Shown here piece after piece: positions 42,649-56,964 of a DNA stretch of 64,000 bases. The notes under the pieces were generated by a model. The model was not told where the DNA came from. It was given only the letters and a program-made list of their open reading frames with translations, and did no database searches. The DNA is taken from the NCBI RefSeq assembly GCF_009914755.1, contig NC_060948.1; one strand, 5' to 3'. The stretch is from the human T2T-CHM13v2.0 reference genome, Homo sapiens. A program made the translations under genes and the position numbers. Each line of letters begins with the position of its first letter. The first letter of the stretch is position 1.

Positions 42649-45600
42649 GTAATGGACTGGAGTGAAATGGACTGGAAAGGAATGGACTCAAATTGAAAGG
42701 TCTCGAAAGGAATGGAGTCAAATTGAATGGTCTGGAATGGAATGAACACGAATGTAATGCAACCCAATAGAATGGAATCGAATGGCATGGAATATAAAGA
42801 AATGGAATCGAAGAGAATGGAAACAAATGGAATGGAATTGAATGGAATGGAATTGAATGGAATGGGAACGAATGGAGTGAAATTGTATGCAGTAGAAGAG
42901 AATAGAATGGAATGCAAGCGAAAGGAAAGGAATGGATTGGAATGGAATGGAATTCATTGGAATGGAAGGGAATGTAGTGTAATGGACAGGCCTGGAATAA
43001 AGTGGAATGCTACGGTCTCGAATGGAATAAAAATGTATGGAATGGAATGCAATGAAACGGAATCGAATGTCATAGAATGTAATGGAATGCAAAAAAATGG
43101 AATCCAAAATCATTGACTGGAAAGGCTGGGTGTCGAAAGGAATTGACTCCAACGGAATGGAATCGAATGGAATGGAAGTGAATAGAATCGAACTAAATCG
43201 AATGGAATGGAATTGATAGGAACGGAATGGAAAGGAATGCAATGATTTGGCATGGAATGGAATCGAATGGCATCGAATGGAATGGAATGGAATGCAATGG
43301 AATGGAATGTATTAGAATGTAATGAACTTTAATGGAATGTACTCGAATGGATTCGACTGGAATGGAATGTTCTGGAAGTGAATGGACTCCAATGGAATGG
43401 ATTCAAAAGGAATGGAATCGTACGGAATGGAATCTAATGGAATGGAATTAAATGGAAATGAATCAAATTGAATAGCACGGAATTGAATTGAATGGAATGG
43501 AATGCAATTTAATCTAATGAAACGGAAAGAAAAGGAATGGAATGGAATGGAATGGGCTGGAATGGAAAGGAATCGAAACGAATGGAATGGAATCGAAGTG
43601 AAGAGACTGGAATGGAATGCACTGGAATGGAAGGGAGTGTAATGGAAGGTTCTCGAAAAAAATGGAATCGAATGGAATGGAATTGAATGGAACGGAATAG
43701 AGTCGAATGGAATTGAATGGAATGGAATGGACTAGAGTGAAATGGAATCGAACCACAAGGAATGGACAGGAATAGAATGGTCTCGAATTGAATGGAATCG
43801 TATGGAATGGCATCAAACGGAATGGAATGGACAGCCACGGAATGGAATGCACTCGAATGCAATGGAGTCGAAACTAATGGACTGGAATAGAATGGACTCG
43901 ACTGGTACGGACTCCAATGGAATGGAATCGAATGGAAGGGAATCGAACGGAAGGGAATCGAACGGAATGGACTCGAAGGGAAAAGACTGCAATGGAAAGG
44001 TCTCGAATGGAATGGAAATTAATGGAATGGAATGGAATCGAATGAAATGGAGTCAAAAGGAATGGAATCGAATGGCAAGAAATCGAATGTAACGGAATCG
44101 CCAGGAATTGATGTGAACGGAACGGAATGGAATGGAATCCAAAGGAATGGAATAGAATGGAATGGAATCGAATGGAAAGGACTCGAATGGAAATCACTCG
44201 AATAGAATGCAATTTAATAAAATAGGATCAAATGTAATGGAATGGAATGGAAAGGAATCGAAACGAAAGGAATGGAGACAGATGGAATGGAATGGAACAG
44301 AGAGCAATGGTATAGAATGGAATGGAATCATCTGGAATGGAATTGAATGGAATGGAATAATATGAAATGGAATGGAATGGAATGGAATGGAATGCCCTTG
44401 AATTAAATGGACTGGAATGGAATGGACTCAAACAGAGTGGAATGGAATGTGTGGAGATAGAATGGAATGAACTCCTTTGGAATGGTCTAGTAGGCAATGC
44501 AATCGACTGGCAGGGAATCAAAAGGTATGTAATCGAATGGATTGGACTGGAATGCAAAGGACTCGAATAGATTGGAAACGGAATGCAAAGGAATGGAATG
44601 GAATAGTATGGAATGCAATGGAAGGGAATGGAGTGGAATAGACTAGAGTGGAATGGAATGGACTGGAAAGCAATGGACTGGAATGGAACTTTCTTGGATG
44701 GACTGGAATCAAACGGAATGGAATGCAGTGCAATCAAATGGCATGGAATAAAATAGAATGAAAGAGAATCAAATGGAATTGAATCGAATGGAATCGAATG
44801 GATTGGAAAGGAATAGAATGGAATGGAATGGAATGGACTCAAATGGAATGGACTAGAATGGAATGGATTCGAATGGAAGGCAAAGGAATGGAATCTATTG
44901 GAATGGACTGTAATGGAATGGAATGGAAGGGATTGGAATGGACTCGAATGGAATGGACTGCAATAGAAAGGATTCGAATGGAATGAAAAAGAATTGAATG
45001 GAATAGAACAGAATGGAATCAAATCGAATGAAATGGAATGGAATAGAAAGGAATGGAATGAAATGGAATGGAAAGGATTCGAATGGAATGCAATCGAATG
45101 GAATGGAATCGAACGGAATGGAATAAAATGGAAGAAAACTGGCAAGAAATGGAATCGAAATGAATGGAGTGTTATGGAACGGACTCAAAAGGAATTGAAT
45201 GTAATAGAATGGAGTCTAGTGGACTCGAATATAATGGACTGGAATGGAATGAAATCACATGGAATGGGAACGAATGGAATGGAATGGAAAGGAATGGAAT
45301 CGAATGGAAAGGAATCGAATGGAAGGGAATGAAATTGAGTCAACACGAATGGAAGGGAATAGAATAGACTGTAATGGAATGGACTCGAATAGAATGGACA
45401 CGAATGCTCAAATTAAATGGACTCGAATGGAATGGAAACGAAAGGAATGTCATCGAATGGAATTGAATCGATTGGAATGAAATCGCATAGAATGGAGTGG
45501 AATCAAATGGAATTGAATCGAAAGGAAAGGAAGCGAATGGACTGAAATGAAATGGAATGGAATTGAATGGAAAGTAATGCAATGGAATAGAATGGAACGA

Positions 45601-46232
45601 AATTTCACGGAATGGAATCAAACTGAATGGAATCAAATCAATGGAATCAAATCAAATGGAATGGAAAGGAATTGAATGGAGTAGATGGGATTGGATGGGA
45701 TTGGAATGAAATGTACTGGAAAGGACTCGAATTTCATGAAACGGAATGGAATGAATTGGAACGGAATGGACTCGAATGTAATGGAATGTCATGGGATGGC
45801 ATCAAATGGAATGACATCAAATGGAATGGAATCGAATGCAATGGAATGCTATGGAATGGAATGGAATGCATTGGAATGGAATGTTCTCTAATGGAATGGA
45901 TTCGAGTGGAATGGAATTGAATATAATGGAGTCGAATGAAATGGAATTGAAAGGAATGGGATCGAATACAATGGAATATACAGGAATGTAACGTAATGAA
46001 CTCGAATGTAATTGACTGGAATGGAATGTACATGAATGGAATGTAATCGAATGGAAAGTAATCCAATGGAATAGAATCTAATGCAATAAAATCGACTCAG
46101 ATAGAGTAGAATGTAATGGAATGGAGTGCAGTGCAATGGAATGGAATGGAATGGAATGCAATGGAATGGAATGGAATGGAATGGAATGGAATGGAATGGA
46201 ATGGAATGGGATGGAATGGTATGGAATGGATA
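42649..46232. repeat. Unit 13 (3,584 bp)
   Basis: Anchor-to-anchor. Confidence 0.9.
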
Positions 46233-49200
46233 GTAATGGACTGGAGTGAAATGGACTGGAAAGGAATGGACTCAAATTGAATGGGCTCGAAAGGAATGGA
46301 GTCAAATGGAATGGTCTGGAATGGAATGAACACGAATGTAATGCAACCCAATAGAATGGAATCGAATGGCATGGAATATAAAGAAATGGAATCGAAGAGA
46401 ATGGAAACAAATGGAATGGAATTGAATGGAATGGAATTGAATGGAATGGGAACGAATGGAGTGAAATTGTATGCAGTAGAAGAGAATAGAATGGAATGCA
46501 AGCGAAAGGAAAGGAATGGATTGGAATGGAATGGAATTCATTGGAATGGAAGGGAATGTAGTGTAATGGACAGGCCTGGAATAAAGTGGAATGCTACGGT
46601 CTCGAATGGAATAAAAATGTATGGAATGGAATGCAATGAAACGGAATCGAATGTCATAGAATGTAATGGAATGCAAAAAAATGGAATCCAAAATCATTGA
46701 CTGGAAAGGCTGGGTGTCGAAAGGAATTGACTCCAATGGAATGGAATCGAATGGAATGGAAGTGAATAGAATCGAACTAAATCGAATGGAATGGAATTGA
46801 TAGGAACGGAATGGAAAGGAATGCAATGATTTGGCTTGGAATGGAATCGAATGGCATCGAATGGAATGGAATGGAATGCAATGGAATGGAATGTATTAGA
46901 ATGTAATGAACTTTAATGGAATGTACTCGAATGGATTCGACTGGAATGGAATGTTCTGGAAGTGAATGGACTCCAATGGAATGGATTCAAAAGGAATGGA
47001 ATCGTACGGAATGGAATCTAATGGAATGGAATTAAATGGAAATGAATCAAATTGAATAGCACGGAATTGAATTGAATGGAATGGAATGCAATGGAATCTA
47101 ATGAAACGGAAAGGAAAGGAATGGAATGGAATGGAATGGGCTGGAATGGAAAGGAATCGAAACGAATGGAATGGAATCGAAGTGAAGAGACTGGAATGGA
47201 ATGCACTGGAATGGAAGGGAGTGTAATGGAAGGTTCTCGAAAAAAATGGAATCGAATGGAATGGAATTGAATGGAACGGAATAGAGTCGAATGGAATTGA
47301 ATGGAATGGAATGGACTAGAGTGAAATGGAATCGAACCACAAGGAATGGACAGGAATAGAATGGTCTCGAATTGAATGGAATCGTATGGAATGGCATCAA
47401 ACGGAATGGAATGGACAGCCACGGAATGGAATGCACTCGAAAGCAATGGAGTCGAAACTAATGGACTGGAATAGAATGGACTCGACTGGTACGGACTCCA
47501 ATGGAATGGAATCGAATGGAAGGGAATCGAACGGAAGGGAATCGAACGGAATGGACTCGAAGGGAAAAGACTGCAATGGAAAGGTCTCGAATGGAATGGA
47601 AATTAATGGAATGGAATGGAATCGAATGAAATGGAGTCAAAAGGAATGGAATCGAATGGCAAGAAATCGAATGTAATGGAATCGCCAGGAATTGATGTGA
47701 ATGGAACGGAATGGAATGGAATCCAAAGGAATGGAATAGAATGGAATGGAATCGAATGGAAAGGACTCGAATGGAAATCACTCGAATAGAATGCAATTTA
47801 ATAAAATAGGATCAAATGTAATGGAATGGAATGGAAAGGAATCGAAACGAAAGGAATGGAGACAGATGGAATGGAATGGAACAGAGAGCAATGGTATAGA
47901 ATGGAATGGAATCATCTGGAATGGAATTGAATGGAATGGAATAATATGAAATGGAATGGAATGGAATGGAATGGAATGCCCTTGAATTGAATGGACTGGA
48001 ATAGAATGGACTCAAACAGAGTGGAATGGAAAGTGTGGAGATAGAATGGAATGAACTCCTTTGGAATGGTGTAGTATGCAATGCAATCGACTGGCAGGGA
48101 ATCAAAAGGTATGTAATCGAAAGGATTGGACTGGAATGCAAAGGACTCGAATAGATTGGAAACGGAATGCAAAGGAATGGAATGGAATAGTATGGAATGC
48201 AATGGAAGGGAATGGAGTGGAATAGACTAGAGTGGAATGGAATGGACTGGAAAGCAATGGACTGGAATGGAACTTTCTTGGATGGACTGGAATCAAACGG
48301 AATGGAATGCAGTGCAATCAAATGGCATGGAATAAAATAGAATGAAAGAGAATCAAATGGAATTGAATCGAATGGAATCGAATGGATTGGAAAGGAATAG
48401 AATGGAATGGAATGGAATGGACTCAAATGGAATGGACTAGAATGGAATGGATTCGAATGGAAGGCAAAGGAATGGAATCTATTGGAATGGACTGTAATGG
48501 AATGGAATGGAAGGGATTGGAATGGACTCGAATGGAATGGACTGCAATAGAAAGGATTCGAATGGAATGAAAAAGAATTGAATGGAATAGAACAGAATGG
48601 AATCAAATCGAATGAAATGGAATGGAATAGAAAGGAATGGAATGAAATGGAATGGAAAGGATTCGAATGGAATGCAATCGAATGGAATGGAATCGAACGG
48701 AATGGAATAAAATGGAAGAAAACTGGCAAGAAATGGAATCGAAATGAATGGAGTGTTATGGAACGGACTCAAAAGGAATTGAATGTAATAGAATGGAGTG
48801 GAGTGGACTCGAATATAATGGACTGGAATGGAATGAAATCACATGGAATGGGAACGAATGGAATGGAATGGAAAGGAATGGAATCGAATGGAAAGGAATC
48901 GAATGGAAGGGAATGAAATTGAATCAACACGAATGGAAGGGAATAGAATAGACTGTAATGGAATGGACTCGAATAGAATGGACACGAATGCTCAAATTAA
49001 ATGGACTCGAATGGAATGGAAACGAAAGGAATGTCATCGAATGGAATTGAATCGATTGGAATGAAATCGCATAGAATGGAGTGGAATCAAATGGAATTGA
49101 ATCGAAAGGAAAGGAAGCGAATGGACTGAAATGAAATGGAATGGAATTGAATGGAAAGTAATGCAATGGAATAGAATGGAACGAAATTTCACGGAATGGA

Positions 49201-49816
49201 ATCAAACTGAATGGAATCAAATCAATGGAATCAAATCAAATGGAATGGAAAGGAATTGAATGGAGTAGATGGGATTGGATGGGATTGGAATGAAATGTAC
49301 TGGAAAGGACTCGAATTTCATGAAACGGAATGGAATGAATTGGAACGGAATGGACTCGAATGGAATGGAATGTCATGGGATGGCATCAAATGGAATGACA
49401 TCAAATGGAATGGAATCGAATGCAATGGAATGCTATGGAATGGAATGGAATGCATTGGAATGGAATGTCCGCTAATGGAATGGATTCGAGTGGAATGGAA
49501 TTGAATATAATGGAGTCGAATGAAATGGAATTGAAAGGAATGGGATCGAATACAATGGAATATACAGGAATGTAACGTAATGAACTCGAATGTAATTGAC
49601 TGGAATGGAATGTACATGAATGGAATGTAATCGAATGGAAAGTAATCCAATGGAATAGAATCTAATGCAATAAAATCGACTCAGATAGAGTAGAATGTAA
49701 TGGAATGGAGTGCAGTGCAATGGAATGGAATGGAATGGAATGGAATGGAATGCAATGGAATGGAATGGAATGGAATGGAATGGAATGGAATGGGATGGAA
49801 TGGTATGGAATGGATA
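46233..49816. repeat. Unit 14 (3,584 bp)
   Basis: Anchor-to-anchor. First unit with the CACTCGAAAGC marker. Confidence 0.9.
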
Positions 49817-52800
49817 GTAATGGACTGGAGTGAAATGGACTGGAAAGGAATGGACTCAAATTGAAAGGGCTCGAAAGGAATGGAGTCAAATGGAATGGTC
49901 TGGAATGGAATGAACACGAATGTAATGCAACCCAATAGAATGGAATCGAATGGCATGGAATATAAAGAAATGGAATCGAAGAGAATGGAAACAAATGGAA
50001 TGGAATTGAATGGAATGGAATTGAATGGAATGGGAACGAATGGAGTGAAATTGTATGCAGTAGAAGAGAATAGAATGGAATGCAAGCGAAAGGAAAGGAA
50101 TGGATTGGAATGGAATGGAATTCATTGGAATGGAAGGGAATGTAGTGTAATGGACAGGCCTGGAATAAAGTGGAATGCTACGGTCTCGAATGGAATAAAA
50201 ATGTATGGAATGGAATGCAATGAAACGGAATCGAATGTCATAGAATGTAATGGAATGCAAAAAAATGGAATCCAAAATCATTGACTGGAAAGGCTGGGTG
50301 TCGAAAGGAATTGACTCCAATGGAATGGAATCGAATGGAATGGAAGTGAATAGAATCGAACTAAATCGAATGGAATGGAATTGATAGGAACGGAATGGAA
50401 AGGAATGCAATGATTTGGCATGGAATGGAATCGAATGGCATCGAATGGAATGGAATGGAATGCAATGGAATGGAATGTATTAGAATGGAATGAACTTTAA
50501 TGGAATGTACTCGAATGGATTCGACTGGAATGGAATGTTCTGGAAGTGAATGGACTCCAATGGAATGGATTCAAAAGGAATGGAATCGTACGGAATGGAA
50601 TCTAATGGAATGGAATTAAATGGAAATGAATCAAATTGAATAGCACGGAATTGAATTGAATGGAATGGAATGCAATGGAATCTAATGAAACGGAAAGGAA
50701 AGGAATGGAATGGAATGGAATGGGCTGGAATGGAAAGGAATCGAAACGAATGGAATGGAATCGAAGTGAAGAGACTGGAATGGAATGCACTGGAATGGAA
50801 GGGAGTGTAATGGAAGGTTCTCGAAAAAAATGGAATCGAATGGAATGGAATTGAATGGAACGGAATAGAGTCGAATGGAATTGAATGGAATGGAATGGAC
50901 TAGAGTGAAATGGAATCGAACCACAAGGAATGGACAGGAATAGAATGGTCTCGAATTGAATGGAATCGTATGGAATGGCATCAAACGGAATGGAATGGAC
51001 AGCCACGGAATGGAATGCACTCGAAAGCAATGGAGTCGAAACTAATGGACTGGAATAGAATGGACTCGACTGGTACGGACTCCAATGGAATGGAATCGAA
51101 TGGAAGGGAATCGAACGGAAGGGAATCGAACGGAATGGACTCGAAGGGAAAAGACTGCAATGGAAAGGTCTCGAATGGAATGGAAATTAATGGAATGGAA
51201 TGGAATCGAATGAAATGGAGTCAAAAGGAATGGAATCGAATGGCAAGAAATCGAATGTAATGGAATCGCCAGGAATTGATGTGAATGGAACGGAATGGAA
51301 TGGAATCCAAAGGAATGGAATAGAATGGAATGGAATCGAATGGAAAGGACTCGAATGGAAATCACTCGAATAGAATGCAATTTAATAAAATAGGATCAAA
51401 TGTAATGGAATGGAATGGAAAGGAATCGAAACGAAAGGAATGGAGACAGATGGAATGGAATGGAACAGAGAGCAATGGTATAGAATGGAATGGAATCATC
51501 TGGAATGGAATTGAATGGAATGGAATAATATGAAATGGAATGGAATGGAATGGAATGGAATGCCCTTGAATTGAATGGACTGGAATAGAATGGACTCAAA
51601 CAGAGTGGAATGGAAAGTGTGGAGATAGAATGGAATGAACTCCTTTGGAATGGTGTAGTATGCAATGCAATCGACTGGCAGGGAATCAAAAGGTATGTAA
51701 TCGAAAGGATTGGACTGGAATGCAAAGGACTCGAATAGATTGGAAACGGAATGCAAAGGAATGGAATGGAATAGTATGGAATGCAATGGAAGGGAATGGA
51801 GTGGAATAGACTAGAGTGGAATGGAATGGACTGGAAAGCAATGGACTGGAATGGAACTTTCTTGGATGGACTGGAATCAAACGGAATGGAATGCAGTGCA
51901 ATCAAATGGCATGGAATAACATAGAATGAAAGAGAATCAAATGGAATTGAATCGAATGGAATCGAATGGATTGGAAAGGAATAGAATGGAATGGAATGGA
52001 ATGGACTCAAATGGAATGGACTAGAATGGAATGGATTCGAATGGAAGGCAAAGGAATGGAATCTATTGGAATGGACTGTAATGGAATGGAATGGAAGGGA
52101 TTGGAATGGACTCGAATGGAATGGACTGCAATAGAAAGGATTCGAATGGAATGAAAAAGAATTGAATGGAATAGAACAGAATGGAATCAAATCGAATGAA
52201 ATGGAATGGAATAGAAAGGAATGGAATGAAATGGAATGGAAAGGATTCGAATGGAATGCAATCGAATGGAATGGAATCGAACGGAATGGAATAAAATGGA
52301 AGAAAACTGGCAAGAAATGGAATCGAAATGAATGGAGTGTTATGGAACGGACTCAAAAGGAATTGAATGTAATAGAATGGAGTGGAGTGGACTCGAATAT
52401 AATGGACTGGAATGGAATGAAATCACATGGAATGGGAACGAATGGAATGGAATGGAAAGGAATGGAATCGAATGGAAAGGAATCGAATGGAAGGGAATGA
52501 AATTGAATCAACACGAATGGAAGGGAATAGAATAGACTGTAATGGAATGGACTCGAATAGAATGGACACGAATGCTCAAATTAAATGGACTCGAATGGAA
52601 TGGAAACGAAAGGAATGTCATCGAATGGAATTGAATCGATTGGAATGAAATCGCATAGAATGGAGTGGAATCAAATGGAATTGAATCGAAAGGAAAGGAA
52701 GCGAATGGACTGAAATGAAATGGAATGGAATTGAATGGAAAGTAATGCAATGGAATAGAATGGAACGAAATTTCACGGAATGGAATCAAACTGAATGGAA

Positions 52801-53390
52801 TCAAATCAATGGAATCAAATCAAATGGAATGGAAAGGAATTGAATGGAGTAGATGGGATTGGATGGGATTGGAATGAAATGTACTGGAAAGGACTCGAAT
52901 TTCATGAAACGGAATGGAATGAATTGGAACGGAATGGACTCGAATGGAATGGAATGTCATGGGATGGCATCAAATGGAATGGCATCAAATGGAATGGAAT
53001 CGAATGCAATGGAATGCTATAGAATGGAATGGAATGCATTGGAATGGAATGTCCTCTAATGGAGTGGATTCGAGTGGAATGGAATTGAATATAATGGAGT
53101 CGAATGAAATGGAATTGAAAGGAATGGGATCGAATACAATGGAATATACAGGAATGTAACGTAATGAACTCGAATGTAATTGACTGGAATGGAATGTACA
53201 TGAATGGAATGTAATCGAATGGAAAGTAATCCAATGGAATAGAATCTAATGCAGTAAAATCGACTCAGATAGAGTAGAATGTAATGGAATGGAGTGCAGT
53301 GCAATGGAATGGAATGGAATGGAATGCAATGGAATGGAATGGAATGGAATGGAATGGAATGGAATGGGATGGAATGGTATGGAATGGATA
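49817..53390. repeat. Unit 15 (3,574 bp)
   Basis: Anchor-to-anchor. Confidence 0.9.
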
Positions 53391-56300
53391 GTAATGGACT
53401 GGAGTGAAATGGACTGGAAAGGAATGGACTCAAATTGAAAGGGCTCGAAAGGAATGGAGTCAAATGGAATGGTCTGGAATGGAATGAACACGAATGTAAT
53501 GCAACCCAATAGAATGGAATCGAATGGCATGGAATATAAAGAAATGGAATCGAAGAGAATGGAAACAAATGGAATGGAATTGAATGGAATGGAATTGAAT
53601 GGAATGGGAACGAATGGAGTGAAATTGTATGCAGTAGAAGAGAATAGAATGGAATGCAAGCGAAAGGAAAGGAATGGATTGGAATGGAATGGAATTCATT
53701 GGAATGGAAGGGAATGTAGTGTAATGGACAGGCCTGGAATAAAGTGGAATGCTACGGTCTCGAATGGAATAAAAATGTATGGAATGGAATGCAATGAAAC
53801 GGAATCGAATGTCATAGAATGTAATGGAATGCAAAAAAATGGAATCCAAAATCATTGACTGGAAAGGCTGGGTGTCGAAAGGAATTGACTCCAATGGAAT
53901 GGAATCGAATGGAATGGAAGTGAATAGAATCGAACTAAATCGAATGGAATGGAATTGATAGGAACGGAATGGAAAGGAATGCAATGATTTGGCATGGAAT
54001 GGAATCGAATGGCATCGAATGGAATGGAATGGAATGCAATGGAATGGAATGTATTAGAATGTAATGAACTTTAATGGAATGTACTCGAATGGATTCGACT
54101 GGAATGGAATGTTCTGGAAGTGAATGGACTCCAATGGAATGGATTCAAAAGGAATGGAATCGTACGGAATGGAATCTAATGGAATGGAATTAAATGGAAA
54201 TGAATCAAATTGAATAGCACGGAATTGAATTGAATGGAATGGAATGCAATGGAATCTAATGAAACGGAAAGGAAAGGAATGGAATGGAATGGAATGGGCT
54301 GGAATGGAAAGGAATCGAAACGAATGGAATGGAATCGAACTGAAGAGACTGGAATGGAATGCACTGGAATGGAAGGGAGTGTAATGGAAGGTTCTCGAAA
54401 AAAATGGAATCGAATGGAATGGAATTGAATGGAACGGAATAGAGTCGAATGGAATTGAATGGAATGGAATGGACTAGAGTGAAATGGAATCGAACCACAA
54501 GGAATGGACAGGAATAGAATGGTCTCGAATTGAATGGAATCGTATGGAATGGCATCAAACGGAATGGAATGGACAGCCACGGAATGGAATGCACTCGAAA
54601 GCAATGGAGTCGAAACTAATGGACTGGAATAGAATGGACTCGACTGGTACGGACTCCAATGGAATGGAATCGAATGGAAGGGAATCGAACGGAAGGGAAT
54701 CGAACGGAATGGACTCGAAGGGAAAAGACTGCAATGGAAAGGTCTCGAATGGAATGGAAATTAATGGAATGGAATGGAATCGAATGAAATGGAGTCAAAA
54801 GGAATGGAATCGAATGGCAAGAAATCGAATGTAATGGAATCGCCAGGAATTGATGTGAATGGAACGGAATGGAATGGAATCCAAAGGAATGGAATAGAAT
54901 GGAATGGAATCGAATGGAAAGGACTCGAATGGAAATCACTCGAATAGAATGCAATTTAATAAAATAGGATCAAATGTAATGGAATGGAATGGAAAGGAAT
55001 CGAAACGAAAGGAATGGAGACAGATGGAATGGAATGGAACAGAGAGCAATGGTATAGAATGGAATGGAATCATCTGGAATGGAATTGAATGGAATGGAAT
55101 AATATGAAATGGAATGGAATGGAATGGAATGGAATGCCCTTGAATTGAATGGACTGGAATAGAATGGACTCAAACAGAGTGGAATGGAAAGTGTGGAGAT
55201 AGAATGGAATGAACTCCTTTGGAATGGTGTAGTATGCAATGCAATCGACTGGCAGGGAATCAAAAGGTATGTAATCGAAAGGATTGGACTGGAATGCAAA
55301 GGACTCGAATAGATTGGAAACGGAATGCAAAGGAATGGAATGGAATAGTATGGAATGCAATGGAAGGGAATGGAGTGGAATAGACTAGAGTGGAATGGAA
55401 TGGACTGGAAAGCAATGGACTGGAATGGAACTTTCTTGGATGGACTGGAATCAAACGGAATGGAATGCAGTGCAATCAAATGGCATGGAATAAAATAGAA
55501 TGAAAGAGAATCAAATGGAATTGAATCGAATGGAATCGAATGGATTGGAAAGGAATAGAATGGAATGGAATGGAATGGACTCAAATGGAATGGACTAGAA
55601 TGGAATGGATTCGAATGGAAGGCAAAGGAATGGAATCTATTGGAATGGACTGTAATGGAATGGAATGGAAGGGATTGGAATGGACTCGAATGGAATGGAC
55701 TGCAATAGAAAGGATTCGAATGGAATGAAAAAGAATTGAATGGAATAGAACAGAATGGAATCAAATCGAATGAAATGGAATGGAATAGAAAGGAATGGAA
55801 TGAAATGGAATGGAAAGGATTCGAATGGAATGCAATCGAATGGAATGGAATCGAACGGAATGGAATAAAATGGAAGAAAACTGGCAAGAAATGGAATCGA
55901 AATGAATGGAGTGTTATGGAACGGACTCAAAAGGAATTGAATGTAATAGAATGGAGTGGAGTGGACTCGAATATAATGGACTGGAATGGAATGAAATCAC
56001 ATGGAATGGGAACGAATGGAATGGAATGGAAAGGAATGGAATCGAATGGAAAGGAATCGAATGGAAGGGAATGAAATTGAATCAACACGAATGGAAGGGA
56101 ATAGAATAGACTGTAATGGAATGGACTCGAATAGAATGGACACGAATGCTCAAATTAAATGGACTCGAATGGAATGGAAACGAAAGGAATGTCATCGAAT
56201 GGAATTGAATCGATTGGAATGAAATCGCATAGAATGGAGTGGAATCAAATGGAATTGAATCGAAAGGAAAGGAAGCGAATGGACTGAAATGAAATGGAAT

Positions 56301-56964
56301 GGAATTGAATGGAAAGTAATGCAATGGAATAGAATGGAACGAAATTTCACGGAATGGAATCAAACTGAATGGAATCAAATCAATGGAATCAAATCAAATG
56401 GAATGGAAAGGAATTGAATGGAGTAGATGGGATTGGATGGGATTGGAATGAAATGTACTGGAAAGGACTCGAATTTCATGAAACGGAATGGAATGAATTG
56501 GAACGGAATGGACTCGAATGGAATGGAATGTCATGGGATGGCATCAAATGGAATGGCATCAAATGGAATGGAATCGAATGCAATGGAATGCTATAGAATG
56601 GAATGGAATGCATTGGAATGGAATGTCCTCTAATGGAGTGGATTCGAGTGGAATGGAATTGAATATAATGGAGTCGAATGAAATGGAATTGAAAGGAATG
56701 GGATCGAATACAATGGAATATACAGGAATGTAACGTAATGAACTCGAATGTAATTGACTGGAATGGAATGTACATGAATGGAATGTAATCGAATGGAAAG
56801 TAATCCAATGGAATAGAATCTAATGCAGTAAAATCGACTCAGATAGAGTAGAATGTAATGGAATGGAGTGCAGTGCAATGGAATGGAATGGAATGGAATG
56901 CAATGGAATGGAATGGAATGGAATGGAATGGAATGGAATGGGATGGAATGGTATGGAATGGATA
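53391..56964. repeat. Unit 16 (3,574 bp)
   Basis: Anchor-to-anchor; near-identical to units 15 and 17. Confidence 0.9.
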
